The notes: generated by a model from the letters alone, not told the origin. Counted from the stretch's first letter, positions 19,820-31,810 are shown. The stretch is DNA of 64,000 nt from an uncultured Phycisphaerales bacterium (GCA_963755915.1 CAVWLP010000002.1:4736001-4800000); one strand, 5' to 3'. Program-made: numbers and translations.

Positions 19820-20098
19820 CTAAGGCTCTACTTTAAGCGCCACGTGCTGGACTTCGCGGGCGTATTTGATCGCGCGCTGAACAATCTCCGATCGTTCCTC
19901 CACCGACACCGGTGATTGGCTTCTATCGGGATTGATCCAGCTCTGAATCGAGTCCGTGTAAATCTGATAGTCACTCGACCATGTCCACGTCATCGAAACC
20001 CGCCGCCCCGATTCAATATACGTCAGCGTCTCGCCGCGAAAGTCGGCGTCGAAGTCATACTGATCGGTAAACCGATATGGCTGGGCGGATTCGCTCAT
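19820..20098 (-). CDS. Small hypothetical protein, possibly Imm74-like
   Basis: IYTDSIQSW.....VS.EERSEIV pattern recalled from Imm74-like proteins. Confidence 0.35.
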   Translation of the reverse strand: MSESAQPYRFTDQYDFDADFRGETLTYIESGRRVSMTWTWSSDYQIYTDSIQSWINPDRSQSPVSVEERSEIVQRAIKYAREVQHVALKVEP

Positions 20099-20413
20099 GG
20101 ATCTGATCATAGCCCGCGGAAGGTGAAAGCTGCCTGAGGGATTTGCACCGACACCCGCTGTCGCGACGTCACCTGCCGCAAGTGCATCATTGTAAGTTCC
20201 GGCTGGCGAAAACCAATGAATGTCTGTCACCGTCGCAGACTCGAAGCTCACTCCAGTCGGTGCAACGACCCGGCTCATAATTCCGTCGAAAGGCATGCGT
20301 GCGGCGACACCTTGAAGCCGACCCTTGTTCGGTTCCACCGTCGCCCGCATGGCGGTCATACCGGCCTTGTCCTTTGGGGTAACGGGATGAGTCGTAGAAT
20401 ATCCGTCGCTCAT
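20099..20413 (-). pseudogene. N-terminal remnant of an alpha/beta hydrolase joined to unrelated sequence
   Basis: VEPNKGRLQGVAARMPFDGIM...GVSFESATV resembles an esterase cap region; no HGG or GxSxG follows. Confidence 0.4.
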
Positions 20414-20518
20414 GACATGCTCCTTTTCAAATCTCGAACCGGCCACCATGCACGCAACTGAAAATCCCCACCGATTTTTCAGCCATGGCCACGAGCCGTT
20501 TATGGAACGACCTTCATC

Positions 20519-21421
20519 CTAAGCTTGAGCCGCCGCGCCCTTATAAACCGGAACAAATTCCTCGGCCACAAACTTCGCGTATGAAGTTGGAGTGGTATTT
20601 TCCGGTGTTCGTGGTTCCAGCGCACGCATGTGGCCGGAATTCATGGCCGCCACCATTTCCAAAATCAAATCGGCGATGCCGGCCGACATGCCCATTTGCA
20701 GCACGGCGCCGCGGAACTGATCATCCGAAATCTGAACGTAACCGAGATCTGGCTTTCCAATCGCCTGGCCGATGATTCGAGCGACCTCGATCATGGTGAG
20801 ATCGCCCGGCCCGAAAAGCTCGCGCGCCTGTTTGCCCTTGAAATCGAGGCGCAGCAGTCGCTCGGCGGCCGCCTCGCCAATATCGCGTGTGGCGATCATC
20901 GGTACCTTGAGATCGGGCCTGAGCGGGCCAGCCGCCACCTGCATCGCATCAATGATCCCCGCCTGCGCAAACGTATTTTCCATGAAATAGACGGCACGCT
21001 GGTGCAGAATGTTCAGGCCTCTGATGTGATTCAGGCTCTGCTCCAGGTTATGCAGGCCAAGGACCGGCCCGGTCTTCGCATCCTTATCCGCGCCGTAGCT
21101 GCTGAGGGTAACCGCGTACTCAACGTGAGCAGCCGAAAGAGCCGAACTCACGGCATCTATCACTCGCCCCTGAAAGGCGCGGTAATCTTTCGCCGACATA
21201 TTCGGCGGAATCATGACGTATGCCGCCTTGACGCCCGTAAACGCGCGGGAAAGCGCGGCGGCATCCGTCAGGTCGCACACAAAAGTTTCCGCCCCTGCCT
21301 TCTTCAACGATTCGAGACGTTTCTCGTCCCGGCCGATCGCGCGGACCTGCTTGCCAGCATCCAGCAGCCGCTGCGCGACGACTTTTCCCGTATTTCCGGT
21401 TGCACCTGTGACCGCGTACAT
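20519..21421 (-). CDS. NmrA-like NAD(P)-binding protein
   Basis: YAVTGATGNTG, FMEN, MIATRDIG; GGAG RBS. Confidence 0.9.
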   Translation of the reverse strand: MYAVTGATGNTGKVVAQRLLDAGKQVRAIGRDEKRLESLKKAGAETFVCDLTDAAALSRAFTGVKAAYVMIPPNMSAKDYRAFQGRVIDAVSSALSAAHVEYAVTLSSYGADKDAKTGPVLGLHNLEQSLNHIRGLNILHQRAVYFMENTFAQAGIIDAMQVAAGPLRPDLKVPMIATRDIGEAAAERLLRLDFKGKQARELFGPGDLTMIEVARIIGQAIGKPDLGYVQISDDQFRGAVLQMGMSAGIADLILEMVAAMNSGHMRALEPRTPENTTPTSYAKFVAEEFVPVYKGAAAQA

Positions 21422-21681
21422 TGGAATCTCCTTTGGAAACTCGGTTCGCTGCTTCCGCTGAACTTCAGCGAGATCATAGGCCCGGCGGCGCGGCGGATGT
21501 CCAATCGACGGCCGAGAATTTCTAGATCGAGATTTCGCGGCTGGACTTAAGGCAGGCTGGTAGAAAGCGCCCCATTGCCTCCGGCGAAATGTCCCCGGTA
21601 TCCTTCGAAGGCGCTGAAGCCTCTTTTTCGACTGTGAACCTAATAAAATGCAGGGCGCCAATCTGCGGGAAGGATATTTCA

Positions 21682-22278
21682 ATGGGCATTTTTGACTTCC
21701 TTAAGAAAAAAACTCCTCTGGTTGAGCCGATTCAGGCTCCGCCGGTCTCAGCGCCTCCGGTTGCGTCATCGCCCGCCACTCCAACCCCGCCCGCCAATCC
21801 CGGAGTCTCCCAGATCGAGCGGGAGCACTTCCTGCTGCACGCGCCGTTTCAGTGGGTTGCGGTGCCCGGCGACAATCCCTTGGAATTCGACTTTCGCAAT
21901 CAAACACTAAAAGAGCAGCTTATGGTGACCGTCTTGATTGCGCGCGAGCCGTTCACCGGCCCCACCCGGCGATCAGTTGCGGAGGATCTGGCGAAGAAAC
22001 GACTGTCGGCCCTGGCATCGATATCGAACGGTCGAGCCGTTCATTCCACGCCGCAGCTTCAAAGCGGTTCCGATCAGGTGGAAGTCAGGTGTTTCGGCCG
22101 CGACGAGGCACAGCAGGTCCGCATTGCATTCGTCATACGCGTCGCCGCCGCGAAGGTAGTAACCGTGCAGTTGACGCGTTACTTCCTGAACGAAGTTGGC
22201 CTCCCTTTCGAGGCATACTCGGGCGCGATTTTCGACTTTCTTAAAATCAAGAATCCTGGGAGTTCGGCCGCAACGTGA
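21682..22278 (+). CDS. Hypothetical protein
   Basis: AAGGA RBS; MGIFDFLKKK start; Pro-rich linker then globular region. Confidence 0.65.
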   Translation: MGIFDFLKKKTPLVEPIQAPPVSAPPVASSPATPTPPANPGVSQIEREHFLLHAPFQWVAVPGDNPLEFDFRNQTLKEQLMVTVLIAREPFTGPTRRSVAEDLAKKRLSALASISNGRAVHSTPQLQSGSDQVEVRCFGRDEAQQVRIAFVIRVAAAKVVTVQLTRYFLNEVGLPFEAYSGAIFDFLKIKNPGSSAAT

Positions 22279-22577
22279 TTTGCTCAATATCGTCGTCTTT
22301 GGATTTCGAATTTGACCCTTCCCGGTGCGCCGGGATTCGTTCCCGACGAATCGGGATTTCGCTTCGCTCAACATTCGAGTTTCGACCTTCGAGTTTTCCG
22401 TCCCATTTTTGATATCATCGATATCGTTGATATCGATGATATCACAAAAACCCGCACCCCATTCCCCCCATTTTGTTGCGGAGTGTAAAGTTTTGTACCG
22501 ATGCCCCCGCCACCAAAAAAATCGTCGAACCTTTCACACCTTCACACTTTCACACCTCTTCTCTTCCCCAAACGTAA

Positions 22578-22610
22578 GCGAGGCGAGCATTATGAAAATG
22601 CTCGCCTCGC
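22578..22610 (-). terminator. Hairpin at end of tad cluster
   Basis: Perfect 14-bp stem GCGAGGCGAGCATT/AATGCTCGCCTCGC, 5-nt loop, short T tail. Confidence 0.6.
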
Positions 22611-22646
22611 AAGGGCAAACCGGATAACTCCCATCCGGAAGACCCG

Positions 22647-23669
22647 TTAATGTGACGTGCCGCCGGCGGCGCTTGACGCGCCGTATCCGTCGGCGGCCGT
22701 GTCCGTCTTTACCAGGTAATACCCAAGCTGCACGTCGGCAGTGTGGTAGTTGTCTGGATTCGTTCCGTAGTGGAACTCGATCTGCTCCGGCTTCAATCCG
22801 CCGCGGTCTTCCAGATACCGCCCGATCGCCAGCCGACGCTCCTCGGCGAGATTGTCATCGGGAATGTCCAGGTAAAGCGTCAGCGGGTTGCAGCTCCGTG
22901 AGCTCTGGAGCATCAGATCCAGGGCGCGGGTTCCCAGCGAAGTAAGGCCGGGCCCGTCGAACTGATCGGGATAAAGCGTCGCTTCCGAGCGGGCGCCGTT
23001 GACTTCCTGCGTATGCTCGAGCCGCTCGGTCTCGGTGATTTCCGCATCCGATTCAGAGGCGTTGGTTTCGTCAAGATAGCTGGCCGACTGAGCCGGCGCG
23101 GGAGCCGCAGTTGCCTGCGGGGCCGGAGCCGAAGCCTGAGCCACCGCCTGCGGAGCAGGCGTTGGTGCAGGTGCCTGGGCAACCGGCTGTGGCGCCGGTG
23201 GCGGAGTCACAACCACGGGCTGCGGCGCAGGTGTCGGCGCGGGCGTAGGAGCCTGCGCGACCGGCTGTGGGGCCGGCGTCGGCTGGGGCGCCGGCGCTTG
23301 AGCAGTCGCCTGGGCCGGGGTCTGCGCCGCCGGCGAGTACGTCGGCAGCGAGAAATTCTCCTGCGTCTCGGTGGACTGCGAATTGGTCGACTGGACTGGC
23401 TTCTGCGTCTCGGCCGGCGCGGGCGTCTGTGCCTCCACCGTCACCTGGTCTTGAGAAGCCATCGTGTCCCAATAATCAGAATAAGGCTTGGGCTGCGCCG
23501 CTGCCGTCTGCGCGGGCTTCGCCGTGGTGGCCGGAGCCTTGGCAAGGGTCTGATGCGACTTGGCGCTGGCCTGGGTCGTGGGCGTGCTGCTGTGGCAGCC
23601 GCTCGTCGCCAGAACCGTCGCCGCTGCCGCCAGAATGCACGATCTTTTCAATTGCTTGAACATAGCCAT
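22647..23669 (-). CDS. Pro/Ala/Gln-rich lipoprotein, last gene of tad cluster
   Basis: Lipobox LATSGC; long PAPQP linker; globular C-terminus. Confidence 0.7.
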   Translation of the reverse strand: MAMFKQLKRSCILAAAATVLATSGCHSSTPTTQASAKSHQTLAKAPATTAKPAQTAAAQPKPYSDYWDTMASQDQVTVEAQTPAPAETQKPVQSTNSQSTETQENFSLPTYSPAAQTPAQATAQAPAPQPTPAPQPVAQAPTPAPTPAPQPVVVTPPPAPQPVAQAPAPTPAPQAVAQASAPAPQATAAPAPAQSASYLDETNASESDAEITETERLEHTQEVNGARSEATLYPDQFDGPGLTSLGTRALDLMLQSSRSCNPLTLYLDIPDDNLAEERRLAIGRYLEDRGGLKPEQIEFHYGTNPDNYHTADVQLGYYLVKTDTAADGYGASSAAGGTSH

Positions 23670-23731
23670 TGTGTTCTCCAAATGGGAAATCGGCTTTTTC
23701 CTGTTGTCGTCTGAGTTACGCACGAAATTCC

Positions 23732-24652
23732 TTATTTCATTAACGGGCTGTTAAACAGCGAGATCATCACCGGCCCAAGCAGCACGATGAACGTGGCGGG
23801 GAAGATGAACAGCACCAGCGGGAAGCTCATCTTCACCACGCTCTTGGCGGCCATTTCCTCGGCCTTGTGCTGACGGGCCATTCGCAAGCTCTCGGCGTGA
23901 ACGCGAAGGGCCTGGGCGATGCTGGTGCCGAAACGCTCGGCCTGATTGAGCATCGCCGACAGCGAGGTCATCGACGAGTTGCTGGTCCGCGTTCCCAGCC
24001 CCTTGAGGGCTTCCTGCCGCGGCATGCCGACGCGCGTCTGCATGTGGGCGATGCCAAACTCGCGGCTGATCGCCGGATGCACCAGCGCCAGCTCGTCGCC
24101 GACGCGCTGCATGGCGGCGTCGACGGTCATTCCCGCCTCCACGCACACGACCATCAAGTCCAGCGCGTCAGGCAGGCCGTATTCCAAAGACTTCTGGTTT
24201 CCTTTGACCTTCATTTTCAGCCAGATCGTCGGCGCCGCATATCCGAGCAGCCCGCCGATCGCCAGGAACAGGAGCATGCTGTTGAGCATCATCCCTCCGA
24301 CATAGCCGGAGATGAGTCCCAGCGCGATGCCGATAACCTTGGATCCCTGCACCGTTCGGAGCGCCGCGGGGCTGTAGATGCCCGCCTTGGCCAGCTCGCG
24401 CTGAAGCGATCCCTGTTTCTCCCGGGTACTGGGCATGAAGGGCTTGGCGGCCGCTTCACCCAGTTGCTTGAGGAGGTTGGCGCCGGCGCTGGATTCCTTT
24501 TTAGTGACCAGCGATTCGGTCTTGCCCTGAAGACGCGAGCGGAGCTTGTCGCCGCCGTTGTCCTTGAACAGGATCATCGACACGAAATAGACCAGCACGG
24601 TGATCGACCCGAATGCCAGAACGATGATCAATGTTTCCTGATTCATAATCAC
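23732..24652 (-). CDS. tadC: Tad pilus assembly protein TadC
   Basis: LPDALDLMVVCVEAG, QAERFGTSIAQALR, KMSFPLVLFIFP. Confidence 0.9.
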   Translation of the reverse strand: MIMNQETLIIVLAFGSITVLVYFVSMILFKDNGGDKLRSRLQGKTESLVTKKESSAGANLLKQLGEAAAKPFMPSTREKQGSLQRELAKAGIYSPAALRTVQGSKVIGIALGLISGYVGGMMLNSMLLFLAIGGLLGYAAPTIWLKMKVKGNQKSLEYGLPDALDLMVVCVEAGMTVDAAMQRVGDELALVHPAISREFGIAHMQTRVGMPRQEALKGLGTRTSNSSMTSLSAMLNQAERFGTSIAQALRVHAESLRMARQHKAEEMAAKSVVKMSFPLVLFIFPATFIVLLGPVMISLFNSPLMK

Positions 24653-24678
24653 ACCTTAAAAGTGCCAGGTAATTTCAC

Positions 24679-25648
24679 TCACACCTTGATGGTCGTAATT
24701 TTTCGAATCGCCCAGCTACCGAGCATGAGCATGGACGCGGCAATGGCCAGCAGCCACAGCCCGGTCGACGTGTGCAGGAGCACCGAGGCGTAGTTGGGGT
24801 TCAGGTAGTAGGACACGAAGAAGAGCACGACCGGGAAGACGACCAGGATGTAGCCGGTGAAGCGGCCCTCGGCGGTCTTGGCCTTCACGTGCTGCTGGAG
24901 ACGGATGCGCTGGCGGATCATGTCGCTGATGTTGGTCAGCACTTCCGACAGGTCGCCGCCGGTCTGCCGCTGAATCAGGATCGCGGTGACGAAGAACCCG
25001 AAGTCCGGGTTATCGACGCGGACGGCGCGTGTCTTTCAGCGAATCTTCCAGCGGCTGGCCCACGCTATGGGCGTCGTAGCAGCGGCGGAACTCGCCGGAA
25101 AGCGGTTGGGGAAGTTCGTCCGCCATCATCTGCAGGCCGGTGCTCAAGCTGTGCCCTGCCCGCAGAATTCGGGAGAGGAAGTCGAGCGCTTCGGGAAGCT
25201 GGTCAAGGAAATCGCGCTGCCTGCGATTGAACGAATTGTTGAGCACGATGAGCGGAATCGCGGCGAAGACGACGGAAACGGCGCCGCCGAGAACGCACGA
25301 GTCGGTGGCAACATACAGGATCGAAAATCCAAGGGCGGCCATTCCAAAGGTGACGAAGATGAACTTCGCGAGCGAAAACCGCGGCCAGACCTGGGTAATG
25401 CGGCGTGCCAGTGTGCCAAGGAAAGGCAGGTGCGCCAACATTCCGGAGATGCCGCCGATTACCTGCACGCGGCGCACGACGGTGAGCGACGCGGGATCGA
25501 ACCCATCGGTTGTCTTGCCTTCGCCGCTGAGACGCTGGGCGAGCTTTTTGCGCTCGTCCGAGAGGCCGCCGACGACCTGGTACACGCCCCAGATCAGCAG
25601 GATCACGGTGATCGCGACCAGGAATGGAAGAATCATTTCATTAGTCAT
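24679..25648 (-). CDS. tadB: Tad pilus assembly protein TadB (frameshift near 25020)
   Basis: QLPEALDFLSRILRAGHSL, QRQTGGDLSEVL, TAEGRF. Confidence 0.85.
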
Positions 25649-25678
25649 AGCACACAACCTCGGTTCTTTTTCCAGTCG

Positions 25679-27142
25679 TTAGACAACCTCGATCCGCCTC
25701 CGCTGGAAGAGCTCCGCCGGGAGAGGAATTCCGCGGCTTTCGATACGGTCGCAGCAGCGTGGGCGAATGCCGGTCACTGTGAAGTTTCCGATGGCCATAC
25801 CCTGCTGATCGACGCCGGTCTGTTCGAAGAGGAAGATGTCGTGCATCTGGACGCCGTCGCCTTCCATGCCGGTGATTTCGGTGACGCGTGTGACTTTTCG
25901 CTTGCCGCCGGTGAGGCGTGTCGCCTGCACGACGATCTGAAGCGCGCTGGAAATCTGGTGCCGCAGGGCGCGCATGGGAATGTCATATCCCGCCATCGCG
26001 ATCATCACTTCCAGTCGGGCCATGGCGTCGCGCGTGGTGTTGGCGTGAACGGTGGTCATCGATCCTTCGTGGCCGGTGTTCATCGCCTGGAGCATGTCCA
26101 GCGCCTCGCCGGAGCGCACTTCGCCGATGATGATGCGGTCGGGACGCATACGCAGACAGTTTTTCACCAGGTCGCGCTGGGTGACTTCGCCGCTGCCTTC
26201 GATATTGGGCGGGCGCGTTTCCAGGCGGACGACGTGCGGCTGCTGGAGCTGCAATTCCGCCGCGTCTTCGATGGTGACCACGCGCTCATCCGTGGGAATG
26301 TAGCGCGAAAGACAGTTCAGCAATGTCGTTTTACCGGAGCCGGTGCCGCCGCTGATGAGCACGTTGCACCGCGCCTGCACGGCGGCGGACAGGAAATCCA
26401 TCACCGGCGGCGGAAAAGCGCCGTGGCGGATCAGGTCTTCAAGCTGCAGCGGCTTGGAACCGAATCGGCGAATGCTCATCGCCGGGCCGTCCAGGGCCAG
26501 CGGCGGAATGATCGCGTTCACGCGGCTTCCATCCGCCAGGCGGGCGTCCACCATCGGGCTGGTTTCATCGACGCGCCGGCCGACCAGGGCGACGATGCGG
26601 TCGATGATCTGCCGCAGGTGCTGGTTGTCGCGGAAGCGCACATCGACGTGTTCCAGCCGGCCGCGGCGCTCGACGTAAACCCTGTCGAAGCGGTTGATCA
26701 GAATATCGGTGATGGTCGGATCCTTCAGCAGCGCTTCCAGCGGGCCGAGGCCGAAGGTCTCGTCCATGACCTCGTCCATGAGGCGTTCCTGGTCCTGGCT
26801 GGAGAGCAGTCCGCTTTCGTTCTGGCACAGATCGCGGATGACGATGCGGACTTCCGCGCGGACGGTGTCCGGCGGCAGGGTGCGAAGATTCTGCACGTCC
26901 AGCCGCTGAACCAATTGCTGGTGAATCCGCACCTTGAGCTGCTCGAACTGTGAGCTGCGCTCGGCGGCAAGCGCCGTCGACGCGGCGAGATTGCGACATC
27001 TGCGGCATCTGCGCGGACTGGGCAGCGGAGCAGGAGCCTCAGCCACCGGAGCAGAAGCGGGCGGCGGCTTGATCGCCGGCGGTTCCGCCACCGCCGTTGT
27101 CGCGGCGCCGGTCTGAGCGGGTTTTCCTGAAAACAGACCCAT
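25679..27142 (-). CDS. cpaF: Tad pilus ATPase CpaF/TadA
   Basis: [53 protein letters not shown]. Confidence 0.95.
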   Translation of the reverse strand: MGLFSGKPAQTGAATTAVAEPPAIKPPPASAPVAEAPAPLPSPRRCRRCRNLAASTALAAERSSQFEQLKVRIHQQLVQRLDVQNLRTLPPDTVRAEVRIVIRDLCQNESGLLSSQDQERLMDEVMDETFGLGPLEALLKDPTITDILINRFDRVYVERRGRLEHVDVRFRDNQHLRQIIDRIVALVGRRVDETSPMVDARLADGSRVNAIIPPLALDGPAMSIRRFGSKPLQLEDLIRHGAFPPPVMDFLSAAVQARCNVLISGGTGSGKTTLLNCLSRYIPTDERVVTIEDAAELQLQQPHVVRLETRPPNIEGSGEVTQRDLVKNCLRMRPDRIIIGEVRSGEALDMLQAMNTGHEGSMTTVHANTTRDAMARLEVMIAMAGYDIPMRALRHQISSALQIVVQATRLTGGKRKVTRVTEITGMEGDGVQMHDIFLFEQTGVDQQGMAIGNFTVTGIRPRCCDRIESRGIPLPAELFQRRRIEVV

Positions 27143-27180
27143 ATTCACTCCGTTCGACCGGGCCGCCTTCAGCGCCCCGG

Positions 27181-28330
27181 TCATGCCGTCAAGCGGCGAC
27201 GTTTCCCTGGTTCTGCTTGGCCGACAATCAGACCGGCCAACTGAACGAGGCTCACGCTGATCTCGCTCGCGGGGCCCGCAGAACCACCGGCTCGCCGAAA
27301 TTGATCGCCGCGATCGCGTTCTTGAAATCGTTGGGAATCAGCCAGGAGACCTTGATCCCCAGCGACCGCTCGATCTCCGGCCGGCTCGATGTCATTGCCT
27401 TTTTTCACGTAGCGGTTGACGACCGTGCAGATCTTGCTGGATTCGATGCCCATCCGGCGCAGCGCGCCGACAAATCGCTCGGCGTTCTTCGCACTGGGAA
27501 CGTTGAACTGCATCACCAGGAGATTCATATCCGACCCCTGGAGCATCGACGAATAGAGGGGCGAAATGCTCATCAGCGAATCGATCACCACGTAATCGAA
27601 CACGCGGCTGAGCATGTTGATCAGGCGCACCATGCCGCTCTGGTTGACGCGCTGGGTGTCTTCGGGCAGATCGGGGCGCGAAAGAATCGCCACGCCGCTT
27701 TTCTTGTGAACCGTCAGGGCGTTGTCGAGGAGCTGCTTGTCGAGCTTTTCGGCCGCGTCCATGACGTCGGCGATGGTGTAGCGGCAGCGGATGTCGAAAT
27801 AGCTGGCCACTCCGCCGCGAATCAGGTCCATGTCGATGAGGACGGTCTTGCCCATCGGCGCCAGCGCCGCGGCGACGTTGCAGGCGACGGTCGTCGATCC
27901 GCATCCACCGATGGTGGGAACGACGTGGATGATCCGGGCCTTCTTGCCCATCCCGTGGACTTGTGCCACGCGCTCCAGCGCAGTGCTGAATTTCTCCTCG
28001 CTCATCGGCAGCGGGATGAATTCCTTGATCCCCAGGTGCATGGCTTCCATGAGCAGGTTGGGGTCAACCGTCTGGCTCATCAGGAAGAAATTGACCGCGG
28101 GAAACTGCCGGGGCAGGGTGGCGATCTTTCTCAGCGCAGTCGGCGGGGTTGGGATCGAGGTTGACGATGGCCAGCAGCGGGCCATCCGGCTTGCCCAGCA
28201 CGCCTGCGAGCGGTTCGACGTTGGGGAACTGCGCCACCGGCAGCGCTCCGAATCGGACCAGGAAGGCTGCAAGCTCTTCCCGGTTGGTGTTGTCCGCGTC
28301 GACGATGACGCAATTCATTTGAACGTACAT
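27181..28330 (-). CDS. cpaE: CpaE/TadZ REC + MinD-like ATPase (frameshifted)
   Basis: Atypical receiver; [13 protein letters not shown] deviant Walker A; FDYVVID; position in cluster. Confidence 0.85.
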
Positions 28331-28438
28331 AGCACTGCGTCCCTGATCGAGGAGGCTGATTTATTCAGCCTCGGAAAATCCGGGTGAATTCCATCCACCC
28401 GGAGATTTCGAACCACACCACCGCTCCGTCGCCTCCGC

Positions 28439-29947
28439 TTATTTGGAGGTGTCGGTGGCCGGCGGCGGCTGGAAGCCGGCCGGGCCTTCAAAGTCCGCCG
28501 GTTCGGTATTGGGCCGCGCCGGGCGGGGAGGCGTAATCTCACCGCCCATGTCGCCCATGAAGTAAAGCTGCAACGCGTTCGGATCGCGCCAGTGTTCACC
28601 GGGAACCGGCGTAACATCGGCCGGATCGATGCCATGCACCAGCACCGGCGTCACGAGAACCACCAGCTCGGTCTGATTCTTCTGATACGTCACCGAACGG
28701 AACAACGCGCCGATGACCGGCAGATCGCCAAGGAACGGGAACTGCGAATTCGTTGCGGAAACCTGGTCTTCGAGCAGACCACCGAGGGCGAAGGTCTGGC
28801 CCTCGGCCAGCTCGACGGTGGTGTCAACGTCGCGGTCAATCAGACCGGGCACCGTGTCCACCGCCGGGAATCGAGTAGGCATGGGCGTAGTCAAGGTCAC
28901 TGACCTCGGGGTTGACCTTCAAACGGATTCGCCCGTTGCCGAGCACGATGGGGGTGAACCGGAGCTGCACGCCATATTGCTGCAACTGAATAGTGATCGT
29001 CGATCCACCACCGGAGCCCGTCTGCGGCACCGGATAGGGGATCTGCCCACCGGCAAGGAAGGTTGCCTGCTGCCCGCTGGTGGTGACCAGGTCGGGTTCG
29101 GCGAGCGTGCGGAGGAGGTTGTTGCTTTCCAGGGCCTCGACGAAATAGGCGAAGGCGACACTGGCGAACTGGCCCGTGCCGAACATGCTCGCCGTGCTTA
29201 GCGCGGTAGAGGGGATCAAGAGCAGGTTGGCGCCGCCGTGCCGCCGGGCTGAATGCCCAGGGCGGTCGGGCCCACGTTGCTGCCGTAGATCGAGGTTCCG
29301 TCATTGCCGCCGAAGTTGAAGCCAAGCTCCTGCTCGGCTTGTTTGCTAACTTCGGCGAACTTCACCTTGAGCATCACCTGCTGGCCGCCGCCGACTTCCA
29401 TCAGGTCGACGACCTTGCCCGAGGCCGAATTGGGCAGGGAGATCGCCTCGACCTGGCGGGCGGTTTCAAGATCGTGAACTTGGCCGGTCAGCGTGATGGT
29501 GCCGTTGGCGTCCTGCACGTTGATCTTTGAATCGGGGAAGAGCGTCTCCACCCGCTTCTGAAGAATCGCCACGGGCGTGGCAACTTCAATGTTGAAGATC
29601 TGGGTGTTGTTGTTCTCATCCCAGACGATCAACTGCGTTGAGCCGGCTTTCTTGGCGGTCAGGAGCAGATCGTTGGGGCCGAGGGCAACGTAGTCGGCGA
29701 TGTCCGGGGCAAGGATGTTGACCTTGTTGATCCGGGCATCGAAGTGCTTCCTCGTCGACTTGTTGGGCTGAAGCAGGATGGTCGCAATGGACTGGTCATC
29801 AGTTGCGGACGAGGTGTCCGACGGAGCGGTGGTGGGCTCATCGGCGCGGGAAGCGACTCCCGCCGGCCACGCCAGGGTCCAAAGCGCCAGGGCCGAACCA
29901 AGCGCCACAATCGTCTTACGACCGAATTTCAAAGCTTTCTTTGACAT
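28439..29947 (-). CDS. cpaC: Secretin CpaC/RcpA (frameshifted)
   Basis: QVMLKVKFAEV, LAEPDL...SGQQATFLAGGQIP, V.PEVS.LD, TTVEL.EGQT, PFLGDLPVIGALFRS. Confidence 0.9.
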
Positions 29948-29999
29948 GTTGTTCTTCCTTGCTCGTTGCCTGTTGGGGAACAGATTTCCGGTTATTGGA

Positions 30000-30945
30000 T
30001 CACTGGTTAATTTCGTTGGGTGGGGTCGGTGTTGGTGAACTCACCGTCGCTCTTGTGGACTGCGAACTTGACCTCGGAGGCCGAGTCGCCGTGGATGGTT
30101 TGAATCGTCCACTGGTCGCTTTCGGTATCGAACATAGTGGGCGTCGGCTGAGTAGAGGCGCTGCGCTTGTCAACACCGTGGTCGTCAGCGGTTGAGTCGT
30201 CGGGGCAACCGTGACATCCGACGCGTATTCGCTCTGGGTCTTCTGATGCCCGACCAGCTCGGCAAAGGTGACGCCCTTGGTCTCCACCGGGGTAAGATCG
30301 TTTCCGCCGCGGAGCGAGAAGCGCGGCCGGCCGACGCTGCTGGCAAGCTCAAGCAGTTCCGCTTGCTCAGGCTTGAGCAGCAGCGTAACGCTGTGCCCAC
30401 CGCCGTCGCCGTCTTGCGGGTTATGCTTGACGCCAACGGCCGTCACCTTGATGTTTTCCGCCAGAGTCCGCGCACCGGGGCAATCCGGTCTTCTCGTCCT
30501 TGAGCGTCTGTATCACGTCGACGTGGCAGCCCGGCACGAGGTACCCGGCCACGCCCGTCATCTCGTTGATTTCAAACGTGCAGGCTCGCATTCCCATCGG
30601 AACGGCGGCCTGAAGACCAGGGCCCATTCCCTTGGGAGCCAGAAGGGTCGTGGCAACCGCCTGCCCTTGAACCACCGGAACCACCGTCACACGTCCGGCC
30701 ACTTGGTCAATCGACGTGAAGAACGAATCCATGTTCGCGTCGGCTGACACGTCGCCCATCGCCAGGTCGTCGGGTGTGAGCACCTGGCCCGCTTCGACAG
30801 CTTGCTTGGCCACAACCACCTGGTTGTGCTTCAAGTCACTGATGCTGCTGATCTGGCGTTTCTGAACGAAGTTAAAAGCCATCTTGGCGGCGATCCCGCC
30901 GAGCACCAGCGCGATGACCAACGGTGCGATCTTTTTCACATTCAT
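30000..30945 (-). CDS. cpaB: CpaB/RcpC (frameshifted; end approximate)
   Basis: VVVAK SAF domain, GMRACTFEINEMTGVAGYLVPGCHVDVI, VTLLLKPEQAE. Confidence 0.85.
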
Positions 30946-31267
30946 AGTGTTCTCCAAGTAGGCGGATTGCCTGTATTTCTGATCGTCGGATAAATCGGTT
31001 GTCCGGTTTAGGAAGGGTGCGAAGAGTTTTATATTTTGAGACGATGGAAGGTTATCTGACCAAGGCCGCCGGGCGGCGATTCCCGCCCGTCTCTCAATGC
31101 GATTTTTATGAGGCGGCCAGACCTGACAGAAAGTCGCAGAATCGGACCGAAAACCCGAAACCCAAAATTCGAATGACCGAAACTGCGTTATTCCAGTTTC
31201 GGTCATTCGAATTTGACCTGTCCCTGCGCGCGGAGTTCCTCATTCGAGTTTCGAATTTCGAATTTCT

Positions 31268-31810
31268 TTAGTCGCCTTCCTTGCGCATATGCGGAGGCAA
31301 CCACGACCTGTTTGCTCGACCCGATCAGGGCCATCGGCCGGAAGCCCGCGCCGACCGTTCCCCAGGTGGCGGTGATTTGAACCTGAAGCGTGTCGCCAAT
31401 GGTCATTGAAGACAGGTTTGACGAGGTAATGGTCGTGCCGGCGGTGGTCGTATCGCTGTAATTAACGGTGTAATTGCCGATGGTGCACGGCCCGGATCCG
31501 GAGGCGCTGTGCCGTTGGGGACCAGGTTCGCCGCCTGGAGCTGCGTTTCGACGGCTGTGTTCGCCGCGGAAAGCGTGGCGCCGGTGACGATGCCGGCGCG
31601 GCACCCTTCGCGGGCGGCGCCTTCCATCGTGTTCTTCACGTAAAAATAGTACCCGTACTCAATCAACCCGTAGCAGATCGAGAAGAGGATCGACAGCGTC
31701 AGCGCCAGCTCCAGGGTTGCGGCGCCGCTGCGGCGAAACAACCGGCTGGTCAATGCGGTCCGAGCTCTTGAGCCCCGATTCTTCAGTGCGTTCATGGAGG
31801 TCATCGTCAT
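31268..31810 (-). CDS. tadE: TadE-like pseudopilin (frameshifted)
   Basis: RRSGAATLELAL, IEYG, AAREGCRAG. Confidence 0.8.

Noticed and set aside
22613-22646. GGGCAAACC resembling a c-di-GMP-I start
   Set aside because: It points into the 3' end of an opposite-strand gene and the rest of the motif is missing.
24986-26953. 655-aa plus-strand ORF and similar long ORFs (51186-53063, 56715-58154, 59922-60737)
   Set aside because: Antisense shadows of cpaF/tadB, the kinase, kdpA and kdpB in GC-rich DNA.
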